A DNA stretch of 64,000 nt from Utricularia gibba (Eukaryota; Plantae; Magnoliophyta): assembly GCA_002189035.1 (NCBI GenBank), contig NEEC01000013.1, positions 2,418,001-2,482,000 of the forward strand. The letters are read 5' to 3'. Of the stretch, positions 29,573-43,000 are shown one piece after another. Made by a program: the position numbers and the translations under genes. The notes under the pieces are model-generated. The model ran no database searches. It had not been told where the DNA came from and worked only from the letters and a program-made list of their open reading frames with translations. The stretch's first letter is position 1; each line of letters starts with the position of its first letter.

Positions 29573-30936
29573 CTAGCTTGACCGTGGCGGGGGGTGGCTG
29601 GTGATCTGTTCGTCATGGGTTGTTGCTTGATCGAGCATAAGCGGCTTGACAGAAGATTGCAGAGATTCAGGGCCTTCGGACGCAATTCTCTTGCACAAGG
29701 CATCACAATTGCTCATAACTTCTGTCAGTCTTCCCTTCAATTCCCCAAGTTCCACTTTCAAGGCATCAACTGCAGATTGGGATTCTTAAACTTGGATTAG
29801 AAACTGCGTCAGTTGAAGTTGGTTTAGTTTAAGCGGCATTACACCTTCGGACAAGTGAGCTGATGAGGTCTTCATTGCTGAGACCAAGTAATTGAAGCGC
29901 TGCAGAAGCTTCATTGCCAAAGCATCAACGATCTCTATTTTATTCTCAATTTCGCTCTGCGAATAATTGGCAGCAACACGCAGATAAAATAAGCTATTGA
30001 AAGGCAGGATACAAAGGAATCTACCTGCAAAGTGATCCTGAATAGAGAAAAAACCAACCTGTCTTTCAATAATCTTCTGTGCTTTGTTATCACGCAGCTG
30101 GCGGTATACCGAGAATATATCCAAGAGGACGTCAGGATCAACGGTTCCTACTTCAAAAAAAGTAATGGTAACGACACACGGGCAAACATTCAAGAAAAGC
30201 ATTACTGTGAGGTTACAATAACAGTTGAAAACTAGTTCAGCGTAAAAGTGGGGACAAAAAATATTACAAATCCAAGGTGCACATTCTCGTTACACCTCCC
30301 ACTTTGCTCATCTTTCACACTCATAACAAAACGGGTTTTCAGTATTCCATTAAGAACAATCACTTGCAAAGTCCATGGTAGTCAAAGATGCCACATTTAA
30401 CACACAATTAATCCTGAAAGTATAAGAGAAATTGAAACACAGTGCAGAAAATTCAGTAATATCTCATCAAGCTACTCCCGAAGAAACTGGAGTTTTGCTA
30501 GTTTAAGACGTACAGCTATACTCAAATGCACAGATACGAAATTAATTAGCCAAAATAAAATTCCCAAGTTGTTTAACCCCAAAAGGGAAGGAATAAAATC
30601 TAATTTGTATCTGTATTTCGTTCCTAGCATTTAGGAAATAGTGAAAGACTACCAAACTGAGTGAAATGATGGCCAAGGTTACCAGGGGTAGAAGAAGAAG
30701 ATGATGGTCTCCGGACAAGAATATCCGAGAAGCTACTCTCAGCAGGGGCTGATGTCAGGATCGGGTTCGTCTAGCAACACAGGAAGATAGATAAAAGGGA
30801 AAAAGAAAAGAAAAACGAAACTTGAGCAGAATTTGAATCTCACCATTTTGAGGCATTGAAGCCTCTGCAGAATGGGATTCACACTCTGAATACGTTCGGA
30901 AACAGTAGTGATCCCCTCATCCGAATCCTTCACCAT
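29573..30936 (-). CDS. Small conserved coiled-coil protein (possibly BLOC-1/BORC subunit-like), 5 exons
   Basis: Exons 30936-30844, 30770-30683, 30147-30059, 29956-29845, 29769-29573 give one open frame: PILTSAPAESSFSDILVRR, EIENKIEIVDALAMKLLQRFNY, VELGELKGRLTEVMSNCDALCKRI. Structure is solid; product name is a weak recollection. Confidence 0.75.
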
Positions 30937-31480
30937 GGAAAATCGGTATTAGTAACGATTTCGAGTAGAACGAAAGATGACGGAGGCTAAAGTATCGATG
31001 ACTTACATCCGAAACCTTCAAAGAGGATTCCGAAGCGCCCATTCGGCAACCCAGGCAGGTATCTCTCTCAATTCGCTATCGTTCAGGTATCCTTCCAGCC
31101 GACCCCAAATCCTACAATAAGCACACAGAACCCGCATTTCAAAACAACGAATTTCTTTCGGATTCCCAGAACTACCTCGTAGAAACTGCAAATCGCCGCC
31201 ATTAACACCCAATTTGTGACCTTGGAGGAGGTAGAGAGTCGAGATCGCGTCTATGGTTTTGATGAAATTTGAGTGTGAGAAAAAAATGAAGTTTGATGTG
31301 TTAAAATGGTACAACGTAAAGAAACCACAACAAAAAGGAGAGTCTATAGAGAATGCCTAATGCATTTACGTGATCCCTGTTGCCTTCATCGCCATGAAAC
31401 ACTTTCACACACTGAAGTCTGTGGCTGCTGATGCTACCGACCCATCATTTGGCCTTGAGGTTTCTCCGGAGCAAGGCAAA

Positions 31481-32874
31481 CTAGATGGACTTTTTGGCAT
31501 AGAGGGAATCTAAGAGGTTGAAGTAAGGACAAGTCTTGGAATCCTCAGCCCTCCTCTTGTTGCTATTTTTGACTCTCTTGTAGTACTTGTTTATGTTCTC
31601 CCACTTCTCTTTACACCGCTTGGCAGTCCGGTGGTAGCCAAGCATCTTCATGGATGAAGAAACCTCCTCCCAGAGCGGCCCCTTGGGACCAGTATCATGA
31701 TACTTGAAGTCTAGATCAGTTTTCACCATGACCAATGCTTCGATCTCTGCCTTAGGCCACCGTGAGCAACTCATCATGACTCTGCTCTCACCGGCACTGT
31801 TCTCTTGCCCATCCACACGGGCAGAAGAAGATTCACCAACACCACCGTCTGGTAACTCGGAATGGTTTTCCAAAGCCTTTAGCAGATTCCCAGGAGGTTT
31901 ATCAGACAAGGTAGTGAGCATGTCTGGCGTCTTCACAGGAGTCGTTATCTGAGTAAGATGCTGCAAGAACGACAGCATTGCTGCGTCTTTCGCCACAGAC
32001 ATTGCCCTCTCTTTGGCCAAAATTTCCTTTTCCCTCTTTATCCTTTCCATCTCTTGCACCTTCCAGGCTTCTTCCCTGGCGATCCATTCCTTCTCACATT
32101 TCTCTATGGTTTCTAAGAACTTCTTCTGCAACTCCTCTTGTTTCTCCAGCACTTGCTTCATTAGCTTCTCGAAGTAATCCGTCACCCTTCTCTTCTTCTC
32201 AACACCTCCTTCAGACTCATTATCAGAGGAGGAGGCTGAGGAAGTGGAAGCCGACATGAAGTCGACAAAACCTTCTCTGGTTGTGCAAGGAAAGGAGCAC
32301 AAATCTTGACCGGGGATTGAAGTCATCAGATTATTCGACAGAGTTGGCACCCTTTCGAAAGAGTAGGAGGAGACTTGGTTCAAGGAAGTGGAGGGATGTG
32401 AGAAATGGGAACCCAATAAATCAAGCTGGTCTTTGTGTCGCCTGTGATAGTTAAACATGTTGTCAAATTCCTCATGGCAGTTCAGAGAACTTCGATGATA
32501 CCCCATTTGAGGAAGCTTCCTAACAAGCAAGAACCATGAACTCAACAAGAAAAAGGGAAACTCGGGCGCGCAAATACAGGGTGAGCAAAGGCAAAACCAA
32601 CCATTTTTACTCAGACAACAAAACCACAATGCTTTCAAATTGAAGTGGCAAAAGCTGTAAGAAAAATTACAAAGAAATGGCACCTGGAGACTTCATTCCA
32701 AAGAGAAGCTTTATGACCAGAATCTCTAAAGGCTACGTCCATATTTGACCTTATTTTAACCATCGCCACCGGCGGCAACCGGCTTCCAGCTGATTCCTCA
32801 CCGCCATTGCAGCCGGAAGCTCCTTCCTCGGCAACCCCAACAGAATTCTCGAAAAAAACCGAACTTTCCAACAT
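31481..32874 (-). CDS. Trihelix transcription factor, GT-2/DF1 clade (2 exons)
   Basis: Exons 32874-32684 and 32519-31481. Central coiled coil (WIAREEAWKVQEMERIKRE...AKDAAMLSFLQ) and intact C-terminal trihelix SRWPKAEIEAL...PLWEEVS...RCKEKWENINKYY. The N-terminal trihelix is degenerate. Confidence 0.9.
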
Positions 32875-34347
32875 GGCTTTTCAGCTCAGTCAACAGAGAT
32901 GAAAGCTGCTGAAGCCCTCCCGCGTTGAACAAAACTAAAAATCGAATCTTTAATCCTTTTCCCCACATAATTTTCTGATGGGGACGCATGAAATTCTGGG
33001 GGAGGGGGGTCTCTCTCTCTCTCCCCTTAGGATTCCATCAGAAGCAAGTTGGTGGGGTGGTAAATTGGCAGCGTGGTGATAAGTAATCAATTCATTGGCT
33101 CAATGGAGGAACTTTGCTTTTTCTTGAAAGGAATACATCCTTTTGCCCCAATGATGCTGCCATGCTCCGCTCATAAATGAATGGATTACACCAACCAGAT
33201 GGTTTTAAGCTGTCTCCTGCGACCCATGATGATTCGAGCAGCCGGTCCCAAACAAAACGGGCCGAAAACGTAGGAGCAGAGGCACCGCATAGCATCCTAA
33301 CGAGTGGAGTGGCCTCTTGTATGAAGTGCATGCAAGGTTTCCCTAAAATTAAATCCCAAATCTTAAATCATGGTAGCTGTAGCGCCAGTGTCATCGAGTC
33401 AGATGACAGGGCAGTACACTACCCTAGCCAAGCAGGATCTGTTCACACGCTTGCCTCAAAGAGCTCGCCACAAAAATACAGAGAACTGTACGGCCTTATT
33501 CTCTGAGGCACAACATGGCTCGCGTTTGATATCAAATTACCAGGGTTGAAATAACATCAGCACTGATAAATCAACCGAGACTGTGAAAAGAGTGGCCGAA
33601 GCCTCACCTGTGGATAGAATTAAAACATATATGCAATTTCTCATGATCTTTAAAAGGTAGCTATTTAGCCTTGTTCTCAAACATATCTCGAAAAATGAGT
33701 ATAGGGAATTGCTAATAGATCACAAATGACTTCAACATCCACAAGACGGACGCGGGTTTAAAATAGTCAGATCATCTACCAGATGCTCTGAAAACCTTTA
33801 GCTTCAACTGGCAAACAAATACTCACTACACCTTCTTGCGTTGTGATGTTCTCATTCCCAGTTTCAAATAACCCAGCAATAGAAAGATGTTAAACATCCA
33901 CTTCAACGAGTAGGGGCTGCAAAACCTACAGTGCTGCTCACTCATGGCTCATCTCGCCGGAGATTGATGTAAAGACATTCATGTCTCAATTTCAGAAAAG
34001 TCGACATAACTGAACAGAGAGAGTACGCAGCATAATTAATTCAATTACCATCACAGGAAAGAAAAGAGCACGATTCATCAAGCTTGGTGGAATCATAAGC
34101 CATGTCACACAACTAGAATCAAAGCCAAGCTCACAACATTATTACCCTTGAGCAGCCTATCAATAAGCCCAACAGCCTTCAGCAATTTTATGCAGCGAAC
34201 CGAATTGTGTTGAAAAGAAAAGATTATACTTGAGTCTGGGGAAATAGCACATTGTGTACACAACCGGTAGAAACAGCATAAAAATGTGATCGATACCAAA
34301 TTTCCTAATGGAGATAGAGGACCACGGCATATCTCACGGCATACCAT

Positions 34348-35404
34348 CTACCGGTGGATATTGAGCAAGGTCTTGGCTTCAGTTAGTTCCTCCAGAAGCT
34401 CAGTGCTTGTATACTTCTCTAGCATCTCCTTCTTCTTCTTCTCCAAAACCATTTTTTTAATCTCTTCATCGTCTGGAAGAGGAACATGAACAACGAACTC
34501 CTTTTCCTTCTCCTGCTGCTCTCTTTCTCTTTCTTTCCTTCTCTCTTCTTCAACCACATCCTCTTCCTCCTCAAACAAAATCTTCGACACAGCGCCCACC
34601 TCAACCACCTCCCCACTTCTCACAGCCTTCCTAGCTTCCTTCTTTATATTTTCCATCTCCGTCCAGCTGTCCAGAGCTGCAGCCCTAAGCTTTTTCTCTG
34701 TTGGTGCTTCGACTTTCTCCAATATTCCATCCTCATCGTCCCTGTAGCCGTAATAAGTGGCATCGATCCTCTTATATATATCATACCTGCAAAAGACAGT
34801 AACACCCAGCCACATCATGACCAGCCATTTGTGAGCTTTTCATGTATCTTAAACAACAATTGCCACTAACAATATCACGGATAAAGAGTTTGAATGCTCA
34901 TCCAAAAGGCAAAATTCTTATAACTTTAGACAAGAATTACCTAGTGCGCCGCTTTCTCATCTCAGGAGGCTTCTCAAATAACTCTCTCACGCCAGGCAAC
35001 TTCTTTGCTGCCCCAAAGTATCGATACCCAGGCCCTCTCCCCCCTGGATTTGGTACATCCACAATGTTTCCCTCCAAATCAGTCATTTTTGCTGAATACC
35101 TCGAATAATTGGGACCTCCAAGCTCCACTATACGGCGTTCCCAGTGCACCTTCTCTCGAAGAAGCTTGTTTATCTCGTCGTTCAAGTCCCTGAGGCGATG
35201 TTCTCCCAGTCCCTCATTCTGAATATCAGCCACTTTACGGCCGATCTCCCGCATGATTTGCTGGCGCCACTTATCCGCGTCCGCCAAATCGCGACACTCA
35301 GAGGCGAGATACGGACGCCGCTCCTTAGGCTTCCGCTTCTCCTCCTCTTTCATGGCGATGAACCGGTTGAGCATAGACTGAGCCTTCTCCTCGTTACGCG
35401 CCAT
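34348..35404 (-). CDS. ISY1: Pre-mRNA splicing factor ISY1 (2 exons)
   Basis: Exons 35404-34941 and 34786-34348. MARNEEKAQSMLNRF, RLRDLNDEINKLLREK.HWE.RI.ELGGP, YRYFGAAK.LPGVRELF, YYGYRDDEDG. Confidence 0.96.
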
Positions 35405-35778
35405 GTCGGAAAACCGCGGCGGATTAGGGTGCCGGCAAATGGTGGAAAACCCTAAGATGGGTCGGCAGAGGAAATCAATCACTGCCGGGAGCTTCCCTCC
35501 CCGAGGCAAGAAGTATATTTAAAAAATACAAATATAAAATTTAAATAAAAAAAAAACGTGTCGATTTCGTGATGACTCTTCCCCTCCCCACCCCACCCCC
35601 TCTCTCTCTTTCCTGGAAACGAGTTTCCGAAACTGCAACGTCGGACGCCTTTGTTGAAAAACGGAGACCCACATTGTTACTTGGGTTTTGCGGTAGCGCC
35701 TGAAACCATTCGTCTTTTCCACCTCATCGCCGCTTTCTCAGACCTCTCGGGAATTCCCTTTCTTCCGGAACCTTCGAA

Positions 35779-38148
35779 ATGATCTGTCATGGAGGAATTG
35801 CGGCGGCGACGCACTGCCCATTACGGCGATTCTCGGTGGTTTGTGCAGTTCCCGTAAAAGCCTCCGTGGTCCCTGTCTCAGATGTACCTAAAGGTAGGGT
35901 TTTTATTGGGGTTCCAGAGCGTTTTTCTCATGATGTTTTTCTTCTTGTTTCTCCTTTTAATAAATTGTTATATTTTCCTTTTGTCCTAGGAATTCCTGAA
36001 AAGCCGTGGAAGCTCGCTAACGCGAGGCTGGTGCTGGAAGATGGGTCTGTTTGGCGTGCTAAGTCGTTTGGTGCTTCTGGGACCCAAGTTGGTGAAGTAG
36101 TGTTTAATACTTCATTAACTGGGTATGTTGTTATGATTTGTTTCATGTCTTGATTTTGGGTTTTCTAAAGGCCCCTTTGATGCACATGTCCCTTGGTTTT
36201 GTTTATACACTTAAAACCACCACCGAGAGTTCAAGGTACTAGATTTGGAAGGGTTCAATGTATAGCAGTAGTGCATCCTAGGAAACATTTGAATTCGGTT
36301 GTTGCAGGGTTTTCATAAGTAAACACCGATGTTATGTGATTTAATGAGTAGCTGAGTAATTGTGCTTCTAGTCTTGATAGTCGTTTATGGGGCTGAATTT
36401 AGCTACAATGGGTGGTTTTTTGACTTTTTAAAAACTGTTAAAATTTCTCTGTAAAGTATACCATCTGCACGGCAGGTACCAGGAGATTCTTACAGATCCC
36501 AGTTACGCTGGCCAATTTGTATTGATGACCAACCCACACATTGGAAACACTGGCGTTAATTTTGGTAAGTTGATGGTGTTCTTTATTTTTTACTATCTAA
36601 AGGTGAAATGTCACCTGATTCCCCTGTTTATGGATAGACGATGAAGAATCTAGTCAATGCTTTCTTGCCGGTTTGGTAATCCGAAGTCTCAGTATAAGGT
36701 AGTTGCTTCCCGGCTTACTTCAGCAGCTTTTACTATGGTTTTCCTTCAGTCCCTTTCGTATTTTAACTCTTGGTGAGGGTGTAAGATTGCACATTTCAAT
36801 GCTAATCGAGTTACTGGGCTGATTCTGTCATGTATATTTTGCTACTCTTGTGCTGCAGCACGTCAAATTGGAGGACCACTGAAGCACTTGGAGATTACTT
36901 GGCTTCCAGAAACGTGATGGGGATATGTAGGCTTTGAGACACGCCTATATAATTTGTTGCAAATTGGTCGTGGTAATCTTTCTGATTATTTCTGAATCAT
37001 TATTTTTTTTCTGATTTCATGCAGACGATGTAGATACTCGTGCCATTACCCGTAGATTGAGAGAAGATGGCAGTCTTATAGGTGTATTGAGCACTGAAGA
37101 ATCTAAAACAGATGATGAGCTTCTAAGGATGTCTAAAGAATGGGACATTGTTGGTGAGTTTTCTCTATGCCGTACGTATTCTAATGAGATTTAGTCGTTA
37201 TTTTCAGAGGATGATGTGATTCTTTCCATTTTAACAGGGGTGGATTTAATAAGTGGAGTTTCCTGTAAGGCTCCATATGAATGGCTTGATAGTACCGGTG
37301 CTGAATGGGAGTTTAACTCCAGTGGGAGAAATCAAGAAACTTACCGAGTTAGTATTAGTTGTTTTGTTTACCCTGATGGAATAAGATTTGATGCATTGGA
37401 AATTGATGTTTTATTTTCTCGTGGGTTAAGGTTGTTGCCTACGATTTTGGTATCAAGCACAATATTCTCCGGCGCCTGGCATCGTACGGCTGTAAAATTA
37501 CCGTGGTTCCTTCAACATGGCCTGCATCTGAAACGCTCAAAATGTCACCAGATGGTGTATTGTTCAGCAATGGCCCTGGAGACCCTTCAGCAGTTCCTTA
37601 TGCGGTTGAAACTGTGAGGGAGTTAATTGGTAAAGTTCCTATTTTTGGTATATGTATGGGTCACCAGCTGCTTGGTCAAGCACTAGGTGGTAAAACCTTC
37701 AAGATGAAATTTGGTCACCATGGTGGGAATCATCCTGTTCGCAACATCCGACATAACCGTGTTGAGATCAGTGCTCAGGTTTGTTTTTTAAATGCATATC
37801 TCATTGCTGGATAATACATCTTCCTCTTGCCAAGTGTGTAGCCATTTTCTGTTGGCAGAATCATAACTATGCGGTTGATCCCGAATCACTTCCCGAAGGA
37901 GTGGAGGTAACTCACATCAATCTGAATGATGGAAGCTGTGCTGGTTTGGCCTACCCACAGAAGAATCTAATCTCACTTCAATATCACCCTGAAGCTTCCC
38001 TGGGCCTCATGATTCTGATCTTGGTATGGTCTAAACAAGCTCAAACATGGATGCTCAGATATTTTCCATTAAAGTACTTTACTTTCCCATCGCAGTTTTT
38101 GGCGAGTTCATACAACTAATGAAACCAGAAAAGCAGGGACGATCATGA
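35779..38148 (+). CDS. carA: Carbamoyl-phosphate synthase small (glutaminase) subunit, plastid (10 exons; 1-nt frameshift in exon 9)
   Basis: Exons 35779-35893, 35990-36122, 36476-36564, 36638-36698, 36859-36926, 37025-37153, 37238-37347, 37431-37778, 37859-38023, 38096-38148. Motifs [55 protein letters not shown](PGPHD). Confidence 0.95.
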
Positions 38149-40026
38149 ACATGGCGACTGCTATCATTTATACTCTTGTGGTTGTTGTCGAGGGCAAATC
38201 ATCACTTATCCCCTTTTTTATACTCCAGAGATGCTGTTTGATAAAAGCAGAGGTGATTTTCTTGTCAACCTGATTGCTCCTCATGAAATATGAGAAGCAT
38301 GCAATTATTTTCATCATGAAGTTCTTACCTTCCAAAAATGCTTTATTTTCCTGTCTTATAAACAGTTTCTGAAGTTTTCTTACATGGAATGATGGCTGGG
38401 TTTTCATATCACATTCTGAGCTACGTTAAGCTCCTGAAAAACTATTGCATGTCCCCAACTCGGTGCACTCGTTTAAAACCGCACATTTCTTATTCAAAAC
38501 ACCAATAAAAGACTGCATTCGTGACCTTACCATTTGCAGTCTCAGCAAGTACACAGTACCTGTCTTATCAGGAGCTTCAATCTTTTCCACAACAGATTGT
38601 TTAGACACAAACACAGACGACAACTGCAATAAAATCCTGTTACCACTCGCACTTATACGAGCATATTGAAGAATAGAGGAGACTGAATATGCATGAAGTT
38701 TAAGGAAAGCAGATGGCAACCCTCTGAAGGAAGAAGATAAAAATGAAGCATGCGGGCTTCTCAGATCCCCCTACTTACTCTCATTTGGTTACGGTAGGTG
38801 CAGGTGATGAGGACAACCCGGAGGCTGTGTCCGCCGGATAATGTTAAGTTTTACAAGTCAGTGATCACAAGTCACACATGTCTAAGTTGCTGGATGCTCT
38901 TCCATCATCAGATTCCTTTATTTATTGAACCTTGACATTATAGTGCAATTGCACAACTTTGAATCCAGTGAAAAAATGGTCCAAATTGGTTCTGGGATGA
39001 CCAGGAGATGGCAAAGAGATAAGGGGCACGTGGCTTGGGGTCTGATGAAGGAGCCAATGGATACGCTGGTTGGCAAAGGCAAAGAGGGGTTGGAAGACTG
39101 GGCAGCAGAGGGACCAAGTCAAGCATTCCTGAGCTGAGTGTTCGGACACCAGTTCCTGAAACAAGTCCTAAGTTCGCACAAGGTGTTTGAATACTGTGAA
39201 GTCTTGCAGGGTACCACCGAACGTCATCATGCATTATTATAGCCCAGTACCGAGCATTATATCTAGGTACCTAATTTGATTAAGTATGACATTACAAGCT
39301 TATAGGAGTTAGAATGAATACAGGAGAACATGATCATCATAAAAATATTGAAGATACATCGTAAAGAAAACATTGAACGTTCTCTGAGATATACCGTAAA
39401 GAAAACACTTCCTAGAATATACAAGGCGAGGAATTAACCCGTATAACAAAACAACACAAGAAAAACTCGTAAGAAAGGGATCAATGTTTCAACTCTGTTA
39501 GCAACTTCTTGTCACAACACTGCAGCAGAAGCTACTAAAGTCACTGTTTCTTTCCTCCCAAAAGGAAAAAGGACTTGAAAACAGGGAAAATTTTCCATTT
39601 GTCACTTCTGATGCTACAATCACATGAGACATGCAATGCGACAAAATGCAACCATATTTCACAACTTAGTATACAAAAAGGTGGCATGCACCTGCTGCAG
39701 TGCAGACTATCATCAACCTCTTGAGTAGGAAACCAGAACCCCAAGTCCCATAAGGAACAGAACATGGCATCTATCAAATTTTGGAATCATGAAACAGATA
39801 AGCAGATGGAATGGTGAAAATAAGCATGCGTGCAGATACTGGCTTACAAGAATTGTGTCAAAACATTTATTGGCGCTGCGTGAACAGAAACATGAGGGGC
39901 ATGCAGTGACCCCGGTGAAAAAAACGACAACAAAAGAAAGATTGGACTAACCTTCAAGATGGTTGCAAATGATCATTGAAAATTTGCGTCATACTACTGC
40001 AGGTAACGATTCTATACAGATGTTCA

Positions 40027-43000
40027 TCAGTTCACACAGGCTCCAGACACCGCTTTGGATGAAACTGTGGATGCTAGAAGTGTACCACTAAAACCTTTTT
40101 CAGTCGTTCCGAGTTCCATATTTTGATCATTAATTTCATCTACAAATATGAAAATTTGATACGCAGAAGTGAGGACATGAAATATAAAATATCCACCACA
40201 CTGTAACATGTGATGTAGAAAAAAAACAGCAATGAACTGATGAGTTCATTTCATGGTCCCAAGGAAAAACTCCCTCATGATACATAAGAAGAGATCAACT
40301 CTGGGGGTGAGAAAGCGTATAATATGGATGGTGGTACTGACACAAACTTGGTTTGGATGAGATGGTCTATAACATAGTATTCCACAGTCATCTAACATTC
40401 ATAAAATGGATAACTTGTGCACAAGTTTTTTCCTAAAGAGCATCCAACTGTACGGATGCATATTCAATTTCTCAACTATGTCACACATTAAAATTGAACG
40501 AGTGATCACTCCCAACACACCTCATTTTACGGGGCTCAAAATTACTGATGGGTAAGCCAGTTTACCAAAAGTGTTAAAATATCATACCAGCAATATCACG
40601 ATTCTCATGGATCTTCGAATCAGTAACCCACAAAACGTCACCAGGGAAAACATTTGCATCGGCCAGAAAAGCTGTATCCTCCTCAAGCACATTGGAACCC
40701 TTATGAAGCACCTGGTTTTCCCGAACCACCTAAAAGAAAGACTCATTCTAAGTGAAGCTTTAGGTAGGCATATACATAACAAAGAATTAAAGAGAATAAT
40801 ATAAATTTAATGTAAAAAAGAATCAATATCTAAACAATTCATTAACCACATTCGATTTACCCCCAATGACAAAAAAAAGATAACACATCCAGAAACAAAA
40901 TAACTCAACTTCAAGAATAACATGATGGCTCAAAGTTCATACCCCAAAAGATTCCCAAATCATCATCTTCAGCTGGTAAACTGTTGTAGAGCTGGAAACA
41001 TTAAGATTCACAGAGTTCCCATATGCTGCCTTCCTAGACCGTTTGGAAGAACGACGATTTCGGTCTAAGGCATTCTTTGAAGCTTCCAAAATTGATTTAG
41101 GGGGTTCCTTTCCATGAATTAGACAAACATGTATATCCTCGTTTACGTAACTGAGCTTCTTCATCAATTCTGTACTTTCCCTTTCAGCAATGCACTCTTC
41201 ACAGACCTAAGCATGCAGCAAGCTGATTATACGTTCACACAACACACAAAAGTCACTATACAGCTACTCACATATCATACGATCTTAGGCTTAATGCAGA
41301 CAGCATTTTCACTTTTTTTAAACAGTGGTGTATAAAGAATAATAGTGCATCAAACCATAGTGCAATAAAATAAAAAAATGTTACGTCATTAAAAATGGCA
41401 TATCCTTTATGCAACTTAAAGATGAAATTAATTTGGTAATTGGAGACAAAAACGCAACTCAAGAGACAAACAGATAAAAGACACTATGGTAATAAAGGTG
41501 CTTGAGCATCCCACATTTCATGATCAGCAGCACTTGATATCAACTGGAAAAGGTGATTCATTCAACCATCCAATTGTACTTCGGCAGAAGCTCCACATAC
41601 CCATGCTCACGGTCAAAAAAAAGAAGGAAAATGTGAAAGGCTGAAACTTCAAAATTACCTCAGGGGAGGTTTTCACGACAGGCCTGTTGGAGGAGTAATT
41701 AACCTCATTTTCCATATCAGTGCCGTTTTCAGAAATCATTTTCACTTCATCAGAGCCCATAACATTTTTATCCAAACCATCATCAATATGAATTGTGGCC
41801 TTAATACAGTTGGAAACGCTACCACCCACTCATCACAGAGTAGTGTCCAGTCATCCTCAGCCACTAGTGTCAATCCCTCTGCCTAAAATAGATCACTGAT
41901 TAACGGATAATGTTCTAATGATTTCAAGGTATACAAGACACAAGAAAATAACAGATCAAACGGGTTATTTTTCATGCCATGTGATCACATTTGCATGACA
42001 AATTCTTAGATACACAAGTGGAAAAACAATGAAGCTAGATTATGATAAAATAGGATCACAGACTTACATCACTTGGTTTCTGGAAAATCTGATCACGCTT
42101 AAAGAACAATTCTGGCGGTCTCTCTCGTAGTTTGTGATGCTGAAAAGATCAAAGTGAGAAAACACATATTATGGAACATCCACAACATTGCAATATCTTC
42201 TGTTGATCTCATCACAGCAGTTCACAACCTTCTCACAATACATAGTATCAACAACAGAGCTTAAAGTATCAAGTTCTATAGAAGAAGCACTTTTCCCACT
42301 AGTATTGATGTAGTTTCTCCATTTTGAAAGCCACGAGGAGCGCAATAAGAAGTAATTGCCGTTTGGATGAAGAACTATGTTTCTGTTAATGACTAACTTT
42401 TCATGGTTTTGTCTTTGCTTCATCTTGAACTCTCTGCATCATTAGTGTCCAAATAAGAAGAAAGACATATAATAGTCTCCAGTAAAAACTTAACCAAGAA
42501 TAACCTCAGACTATCTTCAGAAAATGCAGCTTCTGTCATTACAACACTACAAATGGCACAAGGCTCAGAATCTGAAAGGAAAGTTGAGCAGCCCACAGAG
42601 TCCCCAGGCTTAACTGTCATGGCAATTTGATGTATAAAACTCCAAAGACTCTCTGAAATCAAAATCCGTTTCGCACCAGGTGCAAGTTCAGGCAAAAGTT
42701 GACCATGGGGGCATCTAATCGATGCTGTTGGTCCAGAGTCAGCATCAGATGGCAAATCTATATTCTTCCTGCGTAACCACTGCTGCAACCTAGGAAATGT
42801 GACATTGATATCAAAATTTTATAACATCACACATTTGTGAACTGAAGTCTCATTGAATTTTCCAATAACTCAAATTACACTTCAATAATCAATCAGAAAT
42901 GCAACATCTTCACGTTATAAAGGGTGTTGGCCAACAAGAGTTTCAGGCGAGAAGCCAGAATTTCTGAAATTGGAGCATGGAGGCAGAAATACAAATCTCA

